From Gonapodya sp. JEL0774 (taxonomy: Eukaryota), in contig JADIIX010000017.1 of NCBI GenBank assembly GCA_027604505.1, positions 186,001 through 229,993 of the forward strand: a stretch of 43,993 bases of DNA. Direction: 5' to 3'. Shown one piece after another: positions 10,882 to 27,658 of the stretch. A program made the translations under genes and the position numbers. Under the pieces are notes generated by a model. That model ran no database searches. It was not told the origin of the DNA and worked only from the letters and a program-made list of their open reading frames with translations. Every line of letters begins with the position of its first letter. Position 1 is the stretch's first letter.

Positions 10882-13800
10882 ATGCCGAAGCGAAAAAGCA
10901 CGGAAGCCGCATCCACGGAAACTCAAAGTTTTACGCCTTCCTTGCGGGCGGCTGCCGAAGCCGAGGACGACCTCCTTGCTATCGCGCTCCACGACGACGA
11001 CGACGATTCATCTGACTCAGACTTTGAAGGCGACACCGCCGACGAGGCAGAATCGGTGAACAGTGGGAGTGACGATGACGATGTGGAGGATTCGGACGAC
11101 GATGAAGGCGATGAGAACGAAGACATCGAAGACGACGCACCCATTGAGGACCAGCGTGGCTCAGCTGCGGAGAAAGTACTGGATGCGTGGAGCAAGCCAT
11201 CAAAACCGCAAGAAGCTGGAAAGCCGGCGCCAGTCGGGGTGGGAGCACGAGCACGGCCCGCGACAACCGGACAGACTCGGGTTCGAAGTGGGAGTGAGGA
11301 CAGGTGGGTTCGAGGGCCAAGCGATAAAAACAAGCATCAATTCAGACGTGCAATTCGGAAGGCTGCGATCCAAATATGATCGCTGCACTGTTGGGAAGTG
11401 CCTGAATACCTGAAAATTGCGGTCTGATTCGGTTCAGATAACCGCAATCTGGGCCATCGGTCACGAGCAATTAGTAATGCCGCGAAATCATGTCTAAAGA
11501 GCCGCGAGACGGAACTCCAGGGACCAAGTGTCAAGCCTCTATGTCAGCCAGTCCTGTTCACCTGGCACTTTGATGAACTCCCCACCACCCACCCCCACTC
11601 CCTCCCAGCGGGTACACATCCAAATCAGGTCCAAAGCCGTCTATCACCCGTCCTCAACACTTCGACGCCACCGCCTCCAAGCTAAACGATGTCAATTCTT
11701 CTTTCAACGACCTGGACTTGTCAGCGGACCCTCCCTCGGAACTTCCTTGGTGGCGCCAACACCCTGAAATCGATCCCGTGTACGAAAGCGACACGACTGA
11801 CGATGTGAGTACCGATAATTTCTGTGGAGAGCCGAGGCTCTATGGTTTGGGGGACTTTTCAAACATTCGGCCACCTCACTCCACTACTACAAATAATTCT
11901 CCCCACAGGAAACAACCAACACCGTGGGCAACATTCCTCTCTCCTGGTATGACGAGTACGATCACGTGGGATACGATAAAGATGGCAAGAAGATTGTACG
12001 GGGGACCAAACCGGATGCTCTCGATGACTTTTTGGCACGGGTGGACGGGGACTCGGACGCATGGTGCGTGTCAAACTTCGATGGCACGTCCCTTGCATTC
12101 CTTGAGAATCGCATCATCGCGACCATCCTTTTTTAGGCGGACCATCCACGACGCCCTCGAGTCGCGCAACGTCGTCCTGTCCAAGGACGATTTGGCACTC
12201 ATTCGTCGCGCTCTTGGCGGCAAATTCGCAGGCGGGGTGGACCCGTACGAACCCACCATCGAATGGTTCACTTCGAAAGTGGAGGAAGCGCCCTTGAGTG
12301 CTGCACCGGAGCCCAAGCGGAGGTGGGCGCCTTCCAAGCATGAGGCGAGAAGGGTGGGTGTTTTGAGTCAGTCGGTGGAGTCTGTGGGATTGGAACAGAC
12401 ATTTAAAACCGGAGAATCCGTAAAACTTCACTGCCTCACTTCTAGGTCATGAAAATCGTTCGAGCAATCCGCAGAGGTCTTAATCCCGCACCTGCTGAAC
12501 TCCCCTCAGAGCGTACATTTCCCATCTGGGACTCTACTCAGGGTCCGCAACCTATCTCCACCCACGTGATGCACATTCCCGCTCCCAAAGTTCCTCCCCC
12601 CACTGACCACGAATCGTACAACCCTCCCCCTGAACTCGTACCAACGGAGGAGGAGGCAAAAGCGTGGAAGGAGGAGGAGGAAGGGGAAAGGGAGAAGAAC
12701 TTTTTGCCCACAAAGTATGGGAAAATGAGAGATGTGCCCGGTTGGGATATGTTTTTGAAGGAAAGGTTTGAGAGGTGTTTGGATTTGTACTTGTGTCCAC
12801 GAGTCAGGAAGAACAAGGTGAGTTTGCACGAACAACGTAGAGTATGTCTCTTCCCGGAACTCAAGATTTTCTGCTGTTCTAGATCCAAATGAACCCCGAA
12901 GATCTTCTCCCCACTCTCCCAGATCCGTCCACCCTCCGTCCATTCCCTACACACCTCGCCCTCGCTCTCCCCAACCACCCTTCTCTCGTGCGCCACGCAT
13001 CACTGAGCCCATCGGGCGCCTACCTCGTCACTGGATGTGACGATGGTGTCATGCGCGTATTTGAAGTGTCCACGGGACGAATGTGGGCCGAGTGGGACTT
13101 GGGGACTATGGTCGGCGGCACGGGGAAGACCTTACCCGTCCGGTGCGCTGCGTGGAATCCCAATTCTGAGATTGACATTGTGGCCGCAGCCGTGGGTGGT
13201 CGAGTCGTTCTGGTTGAGACTGGTACAGGAAACAGCAAGGCAGCGGAAGGGACTGAGCGGGCGATCGCGACAGATGCAGATGCGGGGGCAGCAGAGAAGG
13301 GCAAAGGGAAGAACAAGCCAGCTGAATGGAGGCAGTTTCCCAAGGCTGGGAAGGAGGGCCAGGAAGGATTACGTGTTGCAGTGGATGTTGGGGGTACGGT
13401 TACCAGTGTTGTGTGGCACAGGAGAGGGGATTATTTTGCATCGATTGGGGGAGAAGGTGTGTTATTCTTTCATCGAATGGACGTTAATGGAGTTCCTATA
13501 CCTTGGTCTACTACGTCCGCATAGCCGCCAACCCCACGGTCCTGATCCACCAGCTGTCTCGCAGAGCGTCACAGTCGCCGTTCTCCAAATCCAAGGGGGC
13601 TGTACAGCATGTGGCATTTCATCCGTCTAAGCCTGAATTTTTCGTTGCGGTGAGTTACCAATTCACCACGCAGAGGGGCGATTCACAAGTTCCATCTCTT
13701 CGGATTTCTTTCGCCCAACTCAGACCCAACGCTCTATCCGCTGTTACGACCTCGTTGCCCAAACGTTGCTTCGAAAACTGCAATCGTCTGCTCGGTGGAT

Positions 13801-14253
13801 TTCCTGCATGTCTGTGCATCCTTTAGGTGATAATGTGATTGCAGGAAGCTACGACAAGCGAGTTTGCTGGTGGGACACAGATTTGGGCTCGACCCCGTAT
13901 AAAACTATTCGGTAAGTCTGATGTATGGATCCAACTCACGAACTCGCCAACCGATACATCCTATTGAAACCCCGCCCACATTCAGGTCGCACTCGCTCGC
14001 TGTGCGCTCTGCAGCATTCCACCCCTCCCTACCCCTGTTTGTGAGCAGCTCAGACGATTGCACTGTGCAGGTGTTCCACGCCACTGTTTACCAAGACCTC
14101 CTTCGTAACCCGCTCGTGGTGCCAGTCAAGACATTGAAAGGGTTCCATACACAGAAGAATGGCTTGGGTATTTTGGGCGTGTGCTGGCACCCAAGAGAAG
14201 CATGGTGTGTTTCGTGGGGTGCGGATGGCAAGGTTGGAGTGTGGGGACATTGA
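10882..14253 (+). CDS. ERB1: Ribosome biogenesis protein Erb1/BOP1 (BOP1NT + WD40), spliced
   Basis: Acidic N-terminus, then [92 protein letters not shown] and WD repeats ending [14 protein letters not shown]. The link between exon 1 and the ~11724 exon is not fully resolved. Confidence 0.95.
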
Positions 14254-14790
14254 ACAGGACTTGGACAAGACAAAGTGGAACGAATCTAATAGTGCATATG
14301 ATATTTACTGATGGATGTCTGGTTACGCATATGATGAAATTGTACACCCAATAATATCACGGAGCAACAACTTGGATAATCTGGTTTGGCAGGCGTGAAA
14401 GTTGGCAGATCGTGCAAGCGTTTTTGTGTGGGTTGCGAATTGAGATGCAACCAGGTGATGCATGAAACAGCTTGTACATCATCCTCACCTGAGATTCCGC
14501 AATTCCTTGGCCGCGAGGCATCTGAATCGGGTGATATATTTCAAAGCCACCAGCTCGCACGCAAGTCACAGTCCCACAGATTGAAGCAAATCGGATTCGG
14601 GGATCAGCTGGCTTGTTAGCTGGGTTCCTAGAAATCGTGCGTCGCGCAAGCCGACGCCGCCCTCCCACGTCCGAAATCGAGTCTCGCAACAGCTTCCAGC
14701 GCCTGCCTTCGTGATTGAAACAATTGAAATCTGGTTATTGAAATCGAGCACCTTCTTGTGCCGGGGAAACCAAAGAAAACTCAAATCGAA

Positions 14791-17710
14791 ATGCAATCGT
14801 CCTTCTCAGCGGCGTCATTCTCGTCCACTTCTGCTTCTGGCTCGGCCACTTTACCTGCCCGTCGAACCTTGCCGATGCAGCAAAGTGGTGGATCGTCGGC
14901 ATCGGGTTACCTGTACTCGAACACCCCACCTCAATCGGCGGCGCCGCTTCCCCTTCTCGCACACCGGCCTTCCTTGTCAGTCACAGCTCAGCCTACACAT
15001 TTTTCTCAGTCCGCTCGCTCACCTTCACTCTCATCTCCACTCTCGCCGTCTGCGTCGGGGTTACCATACTCATTCCCATCGTCAAACCAGCTTTCACAAC
15101 TGTCACATATTCAACAGCAACAACAACAACAGCCGCAAACAGCTTCTGTCCGCTCACTCGCATCGCACACACCAACCGTTGCTTTCTCCATAGGAAAGAG
15201 GGAGATATTCACTCCTTCCAACGGTTTCAAGACCATTTCAAAAAAACTCCGACAGAGGGGTTTCAGAGTCGTCACGTACGTCTCTTGTCGTTACAACCAG
15301 CACAAAGTGATGCGAATTTTTCTGAGAAATAATGCGGGTGTCTGTTTTTGCCGACATCTCACCCGATGTTATGCACAGTCTCAAATCCCCCATCACACCC
15401 GCAGCGCTTAAGCTCGAATCTACTGTAGCCGACGCCTCAGCCACCACCGCTACACAGTCCGCTAGTGCGAGCTTCGCTGGGGCATCTGGTGCCTCCGAAA
15501 CCGACCTGTATCCTGCTTCCCAAGGGGGCCGAGGAGACACCAGCGGACGGATGGGACAGACTAGGCAAGCAGAGGATCCAAACGCTATGAAGGAGCCACC
15601 GGAGATTGTTGTGATAGGCAGCCCTAGGGAAAAATTCTCCCAGGGGGAGGTGGGTTTGGGGAATGGCACTTGCCTGCTACGATACTCTCATGCACTGATA
15701 CACTCTCTCCTCTTTCCTCCACGTTGACCCGTTTTGGAAACAAAACTCGCCACACCCAGTTCACAACCTTGAAACTCTACCTCGACTCCGCCACTCCCAC
15801 CAACCCCCGCTCCATCATTTACCTGGCACTTGAAGGTGGAGAGTCTGGTCTTCCCTCCACCTCTTTACATCCGTGGACCCTCAATTCTTCCCCGTCATCA
15901 TCGAGCATGCCAGTTGGATCAGCAAATCAATCGGGAGCAATTGGTGGCGATTCTGCCGGTACGACAAACTTCAATTACCTCCTCGAAGAGCTTGGAGTAG
16001 TTGTCCAACCAGACGCAGTGGTGCGAGCATCATACGCCCGTCGACCCGTTGGAGGGGCGGCGGTTAGTTCGCAGAGTTCTTCTTACTCCGCCGCTCCGTC
16101 CATCACCCGAGCAACCTCTCCCTCTTCTCCAACATCTCCACCTCGCCCATTTGCAGTCTCAGCTACAGACGCCTCAGTTTCCGTGCCCCCGCTTCCCCCA
16201 CAACCAACCCACCATTACTACCACCCCAAAGAAGTTCTCGTGCAGGGGGGCGTTCTAAATCGCGGTGCCGCTCGAGCTGCCCTCGTAGTTCGCGGGTACG
16301 CTGATATGGGGGTTGCTGGGGCGGGTACTGCTCGAGAGCGCGCATCCGGCGGGATGGGGACAGCAGCTGGACAGGCGCAAATCTCTTTTGTTTATCCCTT
16401 TGGTGCGACACTTGTTGTCCAGCGGCCATCAGTGCCCTTACTTTCAACTGGCACTGCTGCTGTTCCCTTGGCGCGGCCTGTAGTGGCTGCCTGGGAGTCA
16501 CCCGTAGGTATCATGGGCGCTGTTGGAGCTGAAAGCAGGGCAGCGAGCACTGGCACAGTGACAGGTACTGGGGCTGGGTTGAGAGGGGGTGCGAGAGTAG
16601 TGGTGTGTGGTTCAGCTGCGATGTTCTCTGACGGATACGTGGAAAAAGAGTGGAACGCGGCTGTATGGGAGGTGATGGTTGGGTGGTGTGCAGGTGGCGG
16701 TGTGGGCGTTGGAGGGGCCGTGGCGGGGAATGGAGTCGGTTTGGCGGGGATGATGGAGGGCAGTAAGATAGAGCACGTTGTGTGGAACGCAATCGATGCT
16801 GGAGAGCCGGACGTGAGTGATTCTTCGCTGACGATTGCGTAGATTCTTTGTGTATCCAAATTCCCCGCACATCCCCATGCAATTCAAAGTTGTGCGATCC
16901 TCACCCGGCTCCCGCACTTCCCTCCCTGGCTTCAACTCCTCGGCCGTGCCTGGACTCTGGCACCGAGGACCTCCCCAGGGACTTCGCAAGATTGTTCGCT
17001 GGGGGTGTATTTGGGTTCGATCCGCCGCGAAGAGTGACTGTTGGAGGGGAAGGTCATGTGGAAACAGTTACAAAGGACGGAGATATCGGTGTCGGCGGAA
17101 TGGTGGGCGCCAAGCACAGGAAGAGCGGACCTATGATGTGGAAGGATTTATATTCGGTAAGTACATGGTTTGGTCTGTGGGTGTGGATGCTCGCATTCAC
17201 TTATCAATCCAACATGACACAGGCGCTGCGCCTTCCTGCAGCTCCCCTCACTCTTATTCATCCAACCTTTGAAACCCCTTTACCGGCACTTCAGCCTGCT
17301 GTGTTCCCACCAGTTCTGAGAGAGCCACCACCACCACCGTTGGAATTGTTTGATTTGGACGAAGAGTTCATGGAGTGGGGTCAGAGGTTGGGCGAGATAG
17401 GGGGAAAGTGTGAGTGTTGACACATACATAGTATTACCTCGCGACCTTTCATGTCTCTGTCATTCATCCAGGCACCAATTTGGACCTCGAGTACTACATT
17501 CTGGCATGTGGGGATATCCTTGGCGTGTCGGAAAAGCTCTGGACAAGCGGAGTGTCTGATGAAAAGCCGTCCGTTGGTGCAAAAGGGGATCCAGAACAGG
17601 ACGCAAGAAAGGTGCTAGAGCACGTGCTGAAAGCCTTAGTAGCGTGGAAGAGGAATGACATTGGGCTGATGGTTGCGGCTGACAACGGCGGCTTTGAGAT
17701 TATGGGGTAG
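14791..17710 (+). CDS. IFT52: Intraflagellar transport protein 52 (IFT-B), with large low-complexity insertions, spliced
   Basis: KREIFTPSNGFKTISKKLR, GSPREKFSQGEF, TNFNYLLEELG..QPDAVVR, YYHPKEVLVQGGVLNR, FVYPFGATLVVQRPSVPLLSTG, GSAAMFSDGYVEKE, EDLPRDFARLF, LTLIHPTFETPLPALQPAVFPP..REPPPPPLELFDLDEEF, DLEYYILACGDILGV. Confidence 0.92.
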
Positions 17711-17848
17711 CACTAATTACAAAATGTGGTGGTGGTGGAATATCAATCTAATGACAGTGACCGTCCATTGATGGATCATATTCTTATCAAAATTGCCTTG
17801 CTCTGGGTAGTCGTCATCAAGGTGCATCCACCAGAGTTGTTGCACTCC

Positions 17849-20911
<3,063 letters not shown>

Positions 20912-21433
20912 TCCATCACTCTGTGAAACGGATGTGACGATATCTTCAATACAGAAACTCCGCGCGGATGCATGATAAAGAGATAAACTAATCAACAAAT
21001 ATTTTGTCCAAAAAATACTCCCACAAGGCCCTTTCCACCGGGGCCATAGTCAAGTTTGAAGAATGCAGACTTCGATGGTTCCAAGTCAGGCTTTTGATGA
21101 ATCAACTCCTCCCTCATTAGCGCCCACAAACCAGATTTCAACCCCCATTTATTTGCCAATGTCTCAACCAAAGAAATGTCTTCAAGAGAATTCAACGTTA
21201 AAAGGAGTGCTGGATGCCGGTGGAAAGCTGGCAAAATTTGAGTGATACTCACGAAGCTCAATCTTGCGAATAAGAGTCTTCTCAAGCGTCTCCAGAGTTT
21301 CACCATTTGATTGCCCCTTTCCATTTCCTGCACCACTTGTATATAATCCAGGATTCACGAGTCGCAGTTTCCTATTAATGAGTCAACACACAAATTGGAC
21401 TGGTGGCGAACCGAGCGCTTTTCGCTTGATTAA

Positions 21434-23933
21434 TCACCTCAGAACTGCGGCGTGCACGAACGACCCCATCAACACTGCGACGCCGATAACATACGGATTA
21501 GCCCACCGCATCATTTCAGCCGCACCCCGACCGAAGGTCCCATCGTCGGCAAGAACTGGCTTTGTGACGAGTTCAATGAGCCGCGTCACACGATCAGCAT
21601 GCTCAACGCAAAGTAAGAAGTCAGGAGACATAAGCCAAGCATCGTCATACACCATGGAAATGACATCCCAGCGCCCGTACAAAAGGACCTGGAGGGAAGT
21701 TCGTGAAGCCCAGAGCAATGCAATACGTTTAACCATAAGGTTCCTACAAACTGTGCAAAATAAAACAAATGCCACTGGGAGCAGCCCTCACCTTGTAGGT
21801 GTGGTAAAGCATGAACAACACACCGCTTCTCGGTTCAACGCCCTCCACTCCTCCCTCCCTCCCGGCCCTCCTGTCCGCCTCCACCACTGCGTCAGGAAGC
21901 GCAGAGTACCAAGTATCGAGCATGCCAGACAATCTGTTCTTCTCCTCGTTCGAGCATGCTTCCAGTGCTGGTCCGTCCACAAAGAAGGACTGGATCCGCT
22001 TTAAGCGCATTATACGATATGCTATTCCGTGGAGAAGAGCCGTGTAGCCTGAAATACCAGTTCGACCAGAGTGAAAAAGTGATCGGAGATCTTTTTCGGT
22101 CCCGGACGAGCCAGGAGGACTGAAATTCGTGAGGGGGGTTGGGATTGAAGAAGACCGACTTCGAGGGGATGCAGCTGAGCCGAGTGGTGTAAGGAGCCTG
22201 AATGCGAGTTGGAAGGGGATTGGGTCGGGAGGTGGTAGCAGTGGGTCGGAAAATAGGGGGTCCGGACAGGCTAACCAAGACGTGTCAATCAAACGATTCG
22301 GGCAGCAGGCTCCCCCAACCACAAAAAATGCTCACGGAGATGTATTTCCACGTCTTCCTCCGTGAAACCGGTAGGCTGGTTGTCCCAAGCGGGCATTATG
22401 GCAGAGTCACAGCTGTGGGAAAAGAACCTATTTCAGTTGCAAGATCGCAATACAAACAGATACACCGCTCACAATATCATCCACCATATCCTCCTCGACT
22501 CCTCTCTCTCGATCCAAGCGTCACCCGCTTCTCCTTCGGTGGGCTCACTGGTCTCGCGGTTGAGCTTGAGCTTCAAGGCGAGTTTCAAGGCGAGAGAATC
22601 GTAGAAGTCGGCGTCTCGCATGGTGTGGGTCGAGCTCGACAGGATAATTTCTGTGAGTGAACAAGGCGTAAGTTGATTGAACGTGAAGAAGGCATTGCGT
22701 TGGTTGTCCCAATTGCTTCCACTCGAGCCGAACACCTACGTATGATTATACAAGACAATACGGTCAATTTATCCGCGTCCTTGCCTTTCCTGGCAAACAT
22801 CCCATCAGAGATGCCATATCCTTCGCCATTGATTTCTTCCTCGATGCACCTGGCAGAGATATTGATGAGTTGACATGCAACACTTTGGTAATGCGCAGCC
22901 ATGCCCGCCACGTTTGCGTTTGATTCGGGTTGATTCGGGTTCGGGATACGAGAGAGCTGATAGGCGCCGAGTGCCGCAGAGGCAGGTATGATGGACGGTG
23001 GTCGAGTACCGGGAGGAGCCTGGCCATGCGCTGCTATCAACCTCAGCAATTTGGCCTGAGAGATGGTAGGGAAGGTTTCCCTCGCCACCATGCTGACAGC
23101 CAAGTGGTGCAGCACATGGGGGGGTGGCAGCGCCCAATCCATAACTACATCATCGCCTTGGGGTCCTCCTCCGTATCCGCTGGACGAGCGGGAAAGTCCA
23201 TGTATAATGTTTGCCGCACTAAACTCGTCTGATGGATTGGAGGATACAGTGCCGGAGGCGTAGCGGTTCGGTGAAATATGGAATGCTGGATCGTATGGAT
23301 ACCCAACGTTTGGATAAAAGTACGGCTGTGGAGACAGTGCACCGGGCGCTCCGTTTTCAGCGAAAGGAACGTTCGAGAGGAGTTGTTGTATGCCTTGCTG
23401 GGTCCTTTCACGAACAAGTGCTTCAAGGCTCTTGGAATTCCACACAAAAATGGATGATTACAAGCTCAAGGTCAATTTTATACAGAGAGAAATCAAAAGC
23501 TCATAGCCCACGCTCACCTTTAATCGCTTTGAGGCCGACAGTTCAGGTGCCACCTTGGGGCCTCGTCTTCGCGATGGCCGATCATACGTGCACTGTTCGC
23601 CCAAACCGCTGCAACGCTGGCACGGCTGGTCCCCAGCACACTTTGCCTTGAGTCGATGGCACGCATCGCACGCCTGGTGGTGGGTAAAGCGCCGTATGGT
23701 ATTGGGTAATTACAGCGGGAGGAATTGATTATCAGGGTTGCAATGGCGTTTAAGTGTGCTTTTTCACTTAGCTAGGTGGCACTGACCTTCGATTTACGCC
23801 GCGTTGGTATCCCGGCCGCCTTACGCTTTCGAGAATTGATTGAGTTGGGGTCGTTTGGGTCAAGTTCGTCGTCGTCCTCCTCTGAGCCATCAACGAGGTT
23901 TGAAAGTAGTTTTGCGGTATCAAAATGAGCCAT
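21434..23933 (-). CDS. Zn(II)2Cys6 transcription factor with fungal-specific TF (middle homology) domain, spliced
   Basis: Exon at ~23520-23676 encodes ACDACHRLKAKCAGDQPCQRCSGLGEQCTYDRPSRRRGP. Downstream exons contain LALKLALKLKLNRE and WIEREESRRIWWMI. ATG at 23933 (MAHFDTAKLL). Confidence 0.85.
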
Positions 23934-24581
23934 CAGATCCACTTTCGTGCGAAGGCAGGCTACTCTAACAAGAGTCGTCGAACCGGTCGGTGGGGATGAA
24001 CAGTGGTTGTGAGCGTAGGTGGCCTGCCGGATTGGGTGACACGTGTGCGGAAGAGAGGACGCATGACAGGATAGAAGGTTGAAAACAATCACGCATTTAG
24101 AGTGAACTTCGTACGAAACGGCTGTTGTTATGTACCTTTTTGTACCCCACGGCAATTGTGGTGACTCTTTTCTGCCTTTTTGCCGGAGATTTTTGCACAA
24201 CCAGGTGGACGGGAGAACAGGACTTGCCGAATTGACCACAACCTTACCTGGAAGTCGAATAACTGCGCTTTCATTGTGGAGTCAATTGATTTCACTATTC
24301 CTGAAGACTATTTGTACGATTGTATTTGGGAAGAAATCTGAGAATCCATATTTTCCTGAACACTCGGCTCAAGGCGGGGCCGTTAGGAAAGCAATCATTC
24401 ACTCGTTTTTATTCTTCTGATCAGGTGTATCCTAATAAAATGCCGCATTTGCTCCGTGGGAAGACGGGAAGTTTGCGATGGGAAAATGGGAAGTTTACGC
24501 GTAGCCCACATCCCCTTCTTATTAGGAAACGATTCAGCAAATTGGGGACCACAGCACTCAAGTAATAGCGAACTCACAGTA

Positions 24582-26187
24582 ATGCACATGATCAGGAATC
24601 AATCAAAGAGGCTTTTTCTCGAGGAGAATGGATTCTCCCTCTGCTCACTACGGCATGCGCGATCGCAAGGCTCACCCATGTTGGAAGGCCAACGTCGACG
24701 ATTCTCGACATCGACACCCAAACATCAAACGCCATCCCCCATCCACTTGGGTCAAGACCTGCAATGTTCGCTCCAAGCTATAACGTCCACCTTTGAAGCC
24801 CCAATTGTTTATGCCGTGGGCTATGGGAGCGGTGTGTTCCCTCAGGATGGCTATGACATTCACAATCCTACTGTGGGATACTCTCCAATCTCAACTCCTG
24901 GTCTTTCTATAAGTATACTCAAACTATGACTTTTGACTACACATGGGCATCTACAGTCTCGCCCGATGATGGACTTCCTCTTCGCCGTCGAGGATCCCGT
25001 TGCGTGGCACCTCCGAAACATTCACCAGCACCCACACCACTATACCACATTGACCCGCTCCGCACTAAATTCCCACCCCCGCGTCGCTGACTACCTCGTG
25101 AATCGCTCTGGAGCAGGGGCGTGGTTCAACTCCTTTGTCCGAATCAATGGCTTTGAGTGCAAGTACGGTGTCGTCAGCGTGGATGCGTTTTTGCGGGATC
25201 TGGTGGATTGGAAGACATTTTATTTCGCGGGACGACTACAAAAACCAGTTGAGTGGGTTACAGGACAATCGATTCCGACACACTTCCACGTGTGACGGAT
25301 TTGCGAGTGCTGACTGCCACCACGATCGCCTTGTACATCGCTTTGTGCTTCTTCCAGACCAACATCATTATCGATGATGCCAAATCTCCTCTTGCGATTG
25401 TGAATCAGGCGAATCTCTCGCATGCACTTCGAACAGCACTCCTTCTTCTCCCATCAACTTTCACGACCACTCACCTCTGGTCTATCATCACCTCTTTGTC
25501 ATACCTCGGTGACTTTCGGACTTTCGTTGGTGGAGAGAACCCGAACAAAGTGCGCAACATCGTGAACAAGCAAAAGAAGTTGTTTGACAAGATGTACATG
25601 CCCGTGATGGATCGGGAATTTGTAAAGGGCGATTTATTGGAGAACGTCGGGACGGATCGAAGAGGAGAAACGCGCTGGGTGGTGAGATTAAACTGTGTCG
25701 TTTTCACCTCACCTTGAACCAATCCAACATCATTTGCTTACCCAGCAAACGACCAACGCCTCGCTTCGGTCCCACTTTCTCCTTCATTCACTGCCGCCCA
25801 CGTTTCGCTCTCGAATTCTCGCCTCCCACTTTCGTCACAATCCCGAAAAATTGAGTTTGAGCGACCGGTGGATGATGGGTCTTGGTGGGAGCATGAATGA
25901 AATAGAGGAGTCGCAACTGAGGGAGATCGAAGAGCGGGTGGTGGCGAGTCCAAAGCTAGTGGATCATGTCAAATCTGGTGAGAGGAAAGCAGTGATATTT
26001 TTTGGGATATCGTAGCAGGATTGATGCACTGACTTATTTTGTATGGGACGCAGCGCTTGTCCAAACAATGTTTTGGCCTGCCCTTACGCAATCTGCAAAA
26101 GGTTTACTGACTGTAGGACTTTCCTCCTCGTTGCGATATGCTTGGGAGAAACTGAAGAAAGGTCGCGCCGGGGCCAGTTCAAGATGA
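24582..26187 (+). CDS. TAM41: Mitochondrial phosphatidate cytidylyltransferase Tam41 (Mmp37), spliced
   Basis: YAVGYGSGVFPQDGY, MMDFLFAVEDPVAWH, CKYGVVS, DLVDWKTFYFAGRLQKPV, SLSYLGDFR...GENPNKVRNIV, QSAKGLLTVG..SSLRYAWEKLKK. Confidence 0.95.
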
Positions 26188-26350
26188 TTTCGGAAATGAT
26201 TTACGTCTGAAGGAGAAGAATCTGTCCACAGAATGTGGGAGTGATGCGTTCCACCGCACCCCAGATGGTGCATCTCGGGTATGATTATATTCTTTTGCGC
26301 AATGCTCGCGGAACTAGTATTTGTGCTTTAGAATTGAAAAAGAAGAAGTT

Positions 26351-27658
26351 TCAAGTATGCTCCCCAAACGCTACCGAATCAAACTTGATTCCTGTCCGCC
26401 AGTAATCACCCCACTTAGTCATCAACTCGCGGACCTTGTTCGATCCTCCGAACCGACTTATGGCTTCATTGTACGCTCTTGTCAATAGAGTGTCCTCATA
26501 CTCCTCCACCACCAACTTCGCGCCGTCTGCGTACAAGGATCTCCTCGCCTCCAATTCCTCGTCCGTCGGGACGACTCCGTCGTTGCCCACCCATCCGACC
26601 ATTTTCCCCGCAAGCCACATGGCGTCGGGGAGGAACCCAAGTTTGCTCTGACAAGGGAGATGTGTTCGGGTAGCGAGGTACTCCTTCGCCTTTTCGATTG
26701 TGTAAAGTCCGTGGTAAGTGTCCCAGCGGGCCCAGTGCTCCATAATACCGGGGGAATATTCTGAATGGTATTTACGGAGGTTCAGGTGCAATCGTGAAAA
26801 TGGGGGGCGTCCCGTCAGCCCACGCTTTGGGGATGATCAACAACTTAAAAACTTGCCAATATGTCCTTCATTGCAGAATACTCTATCAGAGATAAATGAC
26901 TGCACTGGTGTTGCTGGCGAAGATCCGATGAGCACAGTTCCTGGAGGGACGCTTTGGACAGCATCGCCGTGATGGTTGTTCACAAAGTATCCCTAATGCT
27001 CTTCATGAGGAAAAGTAGGAAACCACGTACATTGTAGGCACTCACTGTCTTCGATGTTTTCAAGGCTGCTCGACCTTCGGGGGTTAGTTTGACTTCAACG
27101 GCAGCGTTCTCCCAACCCCAAGGATTCTTTATCACATTCTTGCCTAGTTTAAGAGAATTACGATAGCTGCGTTTTGTAGCTTTATCATTGGATGACGCAC
27201 CTCCAGGATTCAGACCCCACGCGATGGTCTGATGTCCATAGCTGATTCCAATAAAACGAGTTTTGTAGACGTTGTCACCAATGTACTTTTCCAAGACCTG
27301 CCGAAAATCGCTTAGTTTGCGTTCGATAAACCCCCGTCTGGAAAATAGTCACCGGAACGTATGGTACGTGTTGATCATAAGCACCCTCCTTTGCCCCGGT
27401 AATGATGAAGAGGTCGTACTCGGACGCGTCCTTCGGCCACGAATGAAAATCTTCGAATATAAACTCGGTGTACTCGAACTTGAATTCCGGGAAGTAAGTT
27501 GCAGCCGCGATATTGTAAAGGGCCGGCAAGCGGTGTCGGATACCACCGGCCACTTGAGGGTCATAAACCTGCCACGCGAGATCCCAGTCTCCTGGATGTG
27601 GGAGAAAAATAGCAGCTTTGATCACTTTTATCAGGGAGGGTGCAGATGTGGGTGCGAG
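26351..27658 (-). other. GATase-like repeat 4 (C-terminal)
   Basis: LAPTSAPSLIKVIKAAIFLP...ITGAKEGAYDQHVPYVP...FIGISYGHQ...GYFVNNHHGDAV...NEGHIEY...FGEHT*. Inferred exons 27658-27353, 27297-27201, 27143-27046, 26992-26857 and 26760-26351 sum to 349 codons including the stop. Confidence 0.82.

Noticed and set aside
14623..14636. Possible RFX X-box upstream of IFT52 (GGTTCCTAGAAATC)
   Set aside because: Too many mismatches to the GTTNCC-N-RGYAAC consensus to support.
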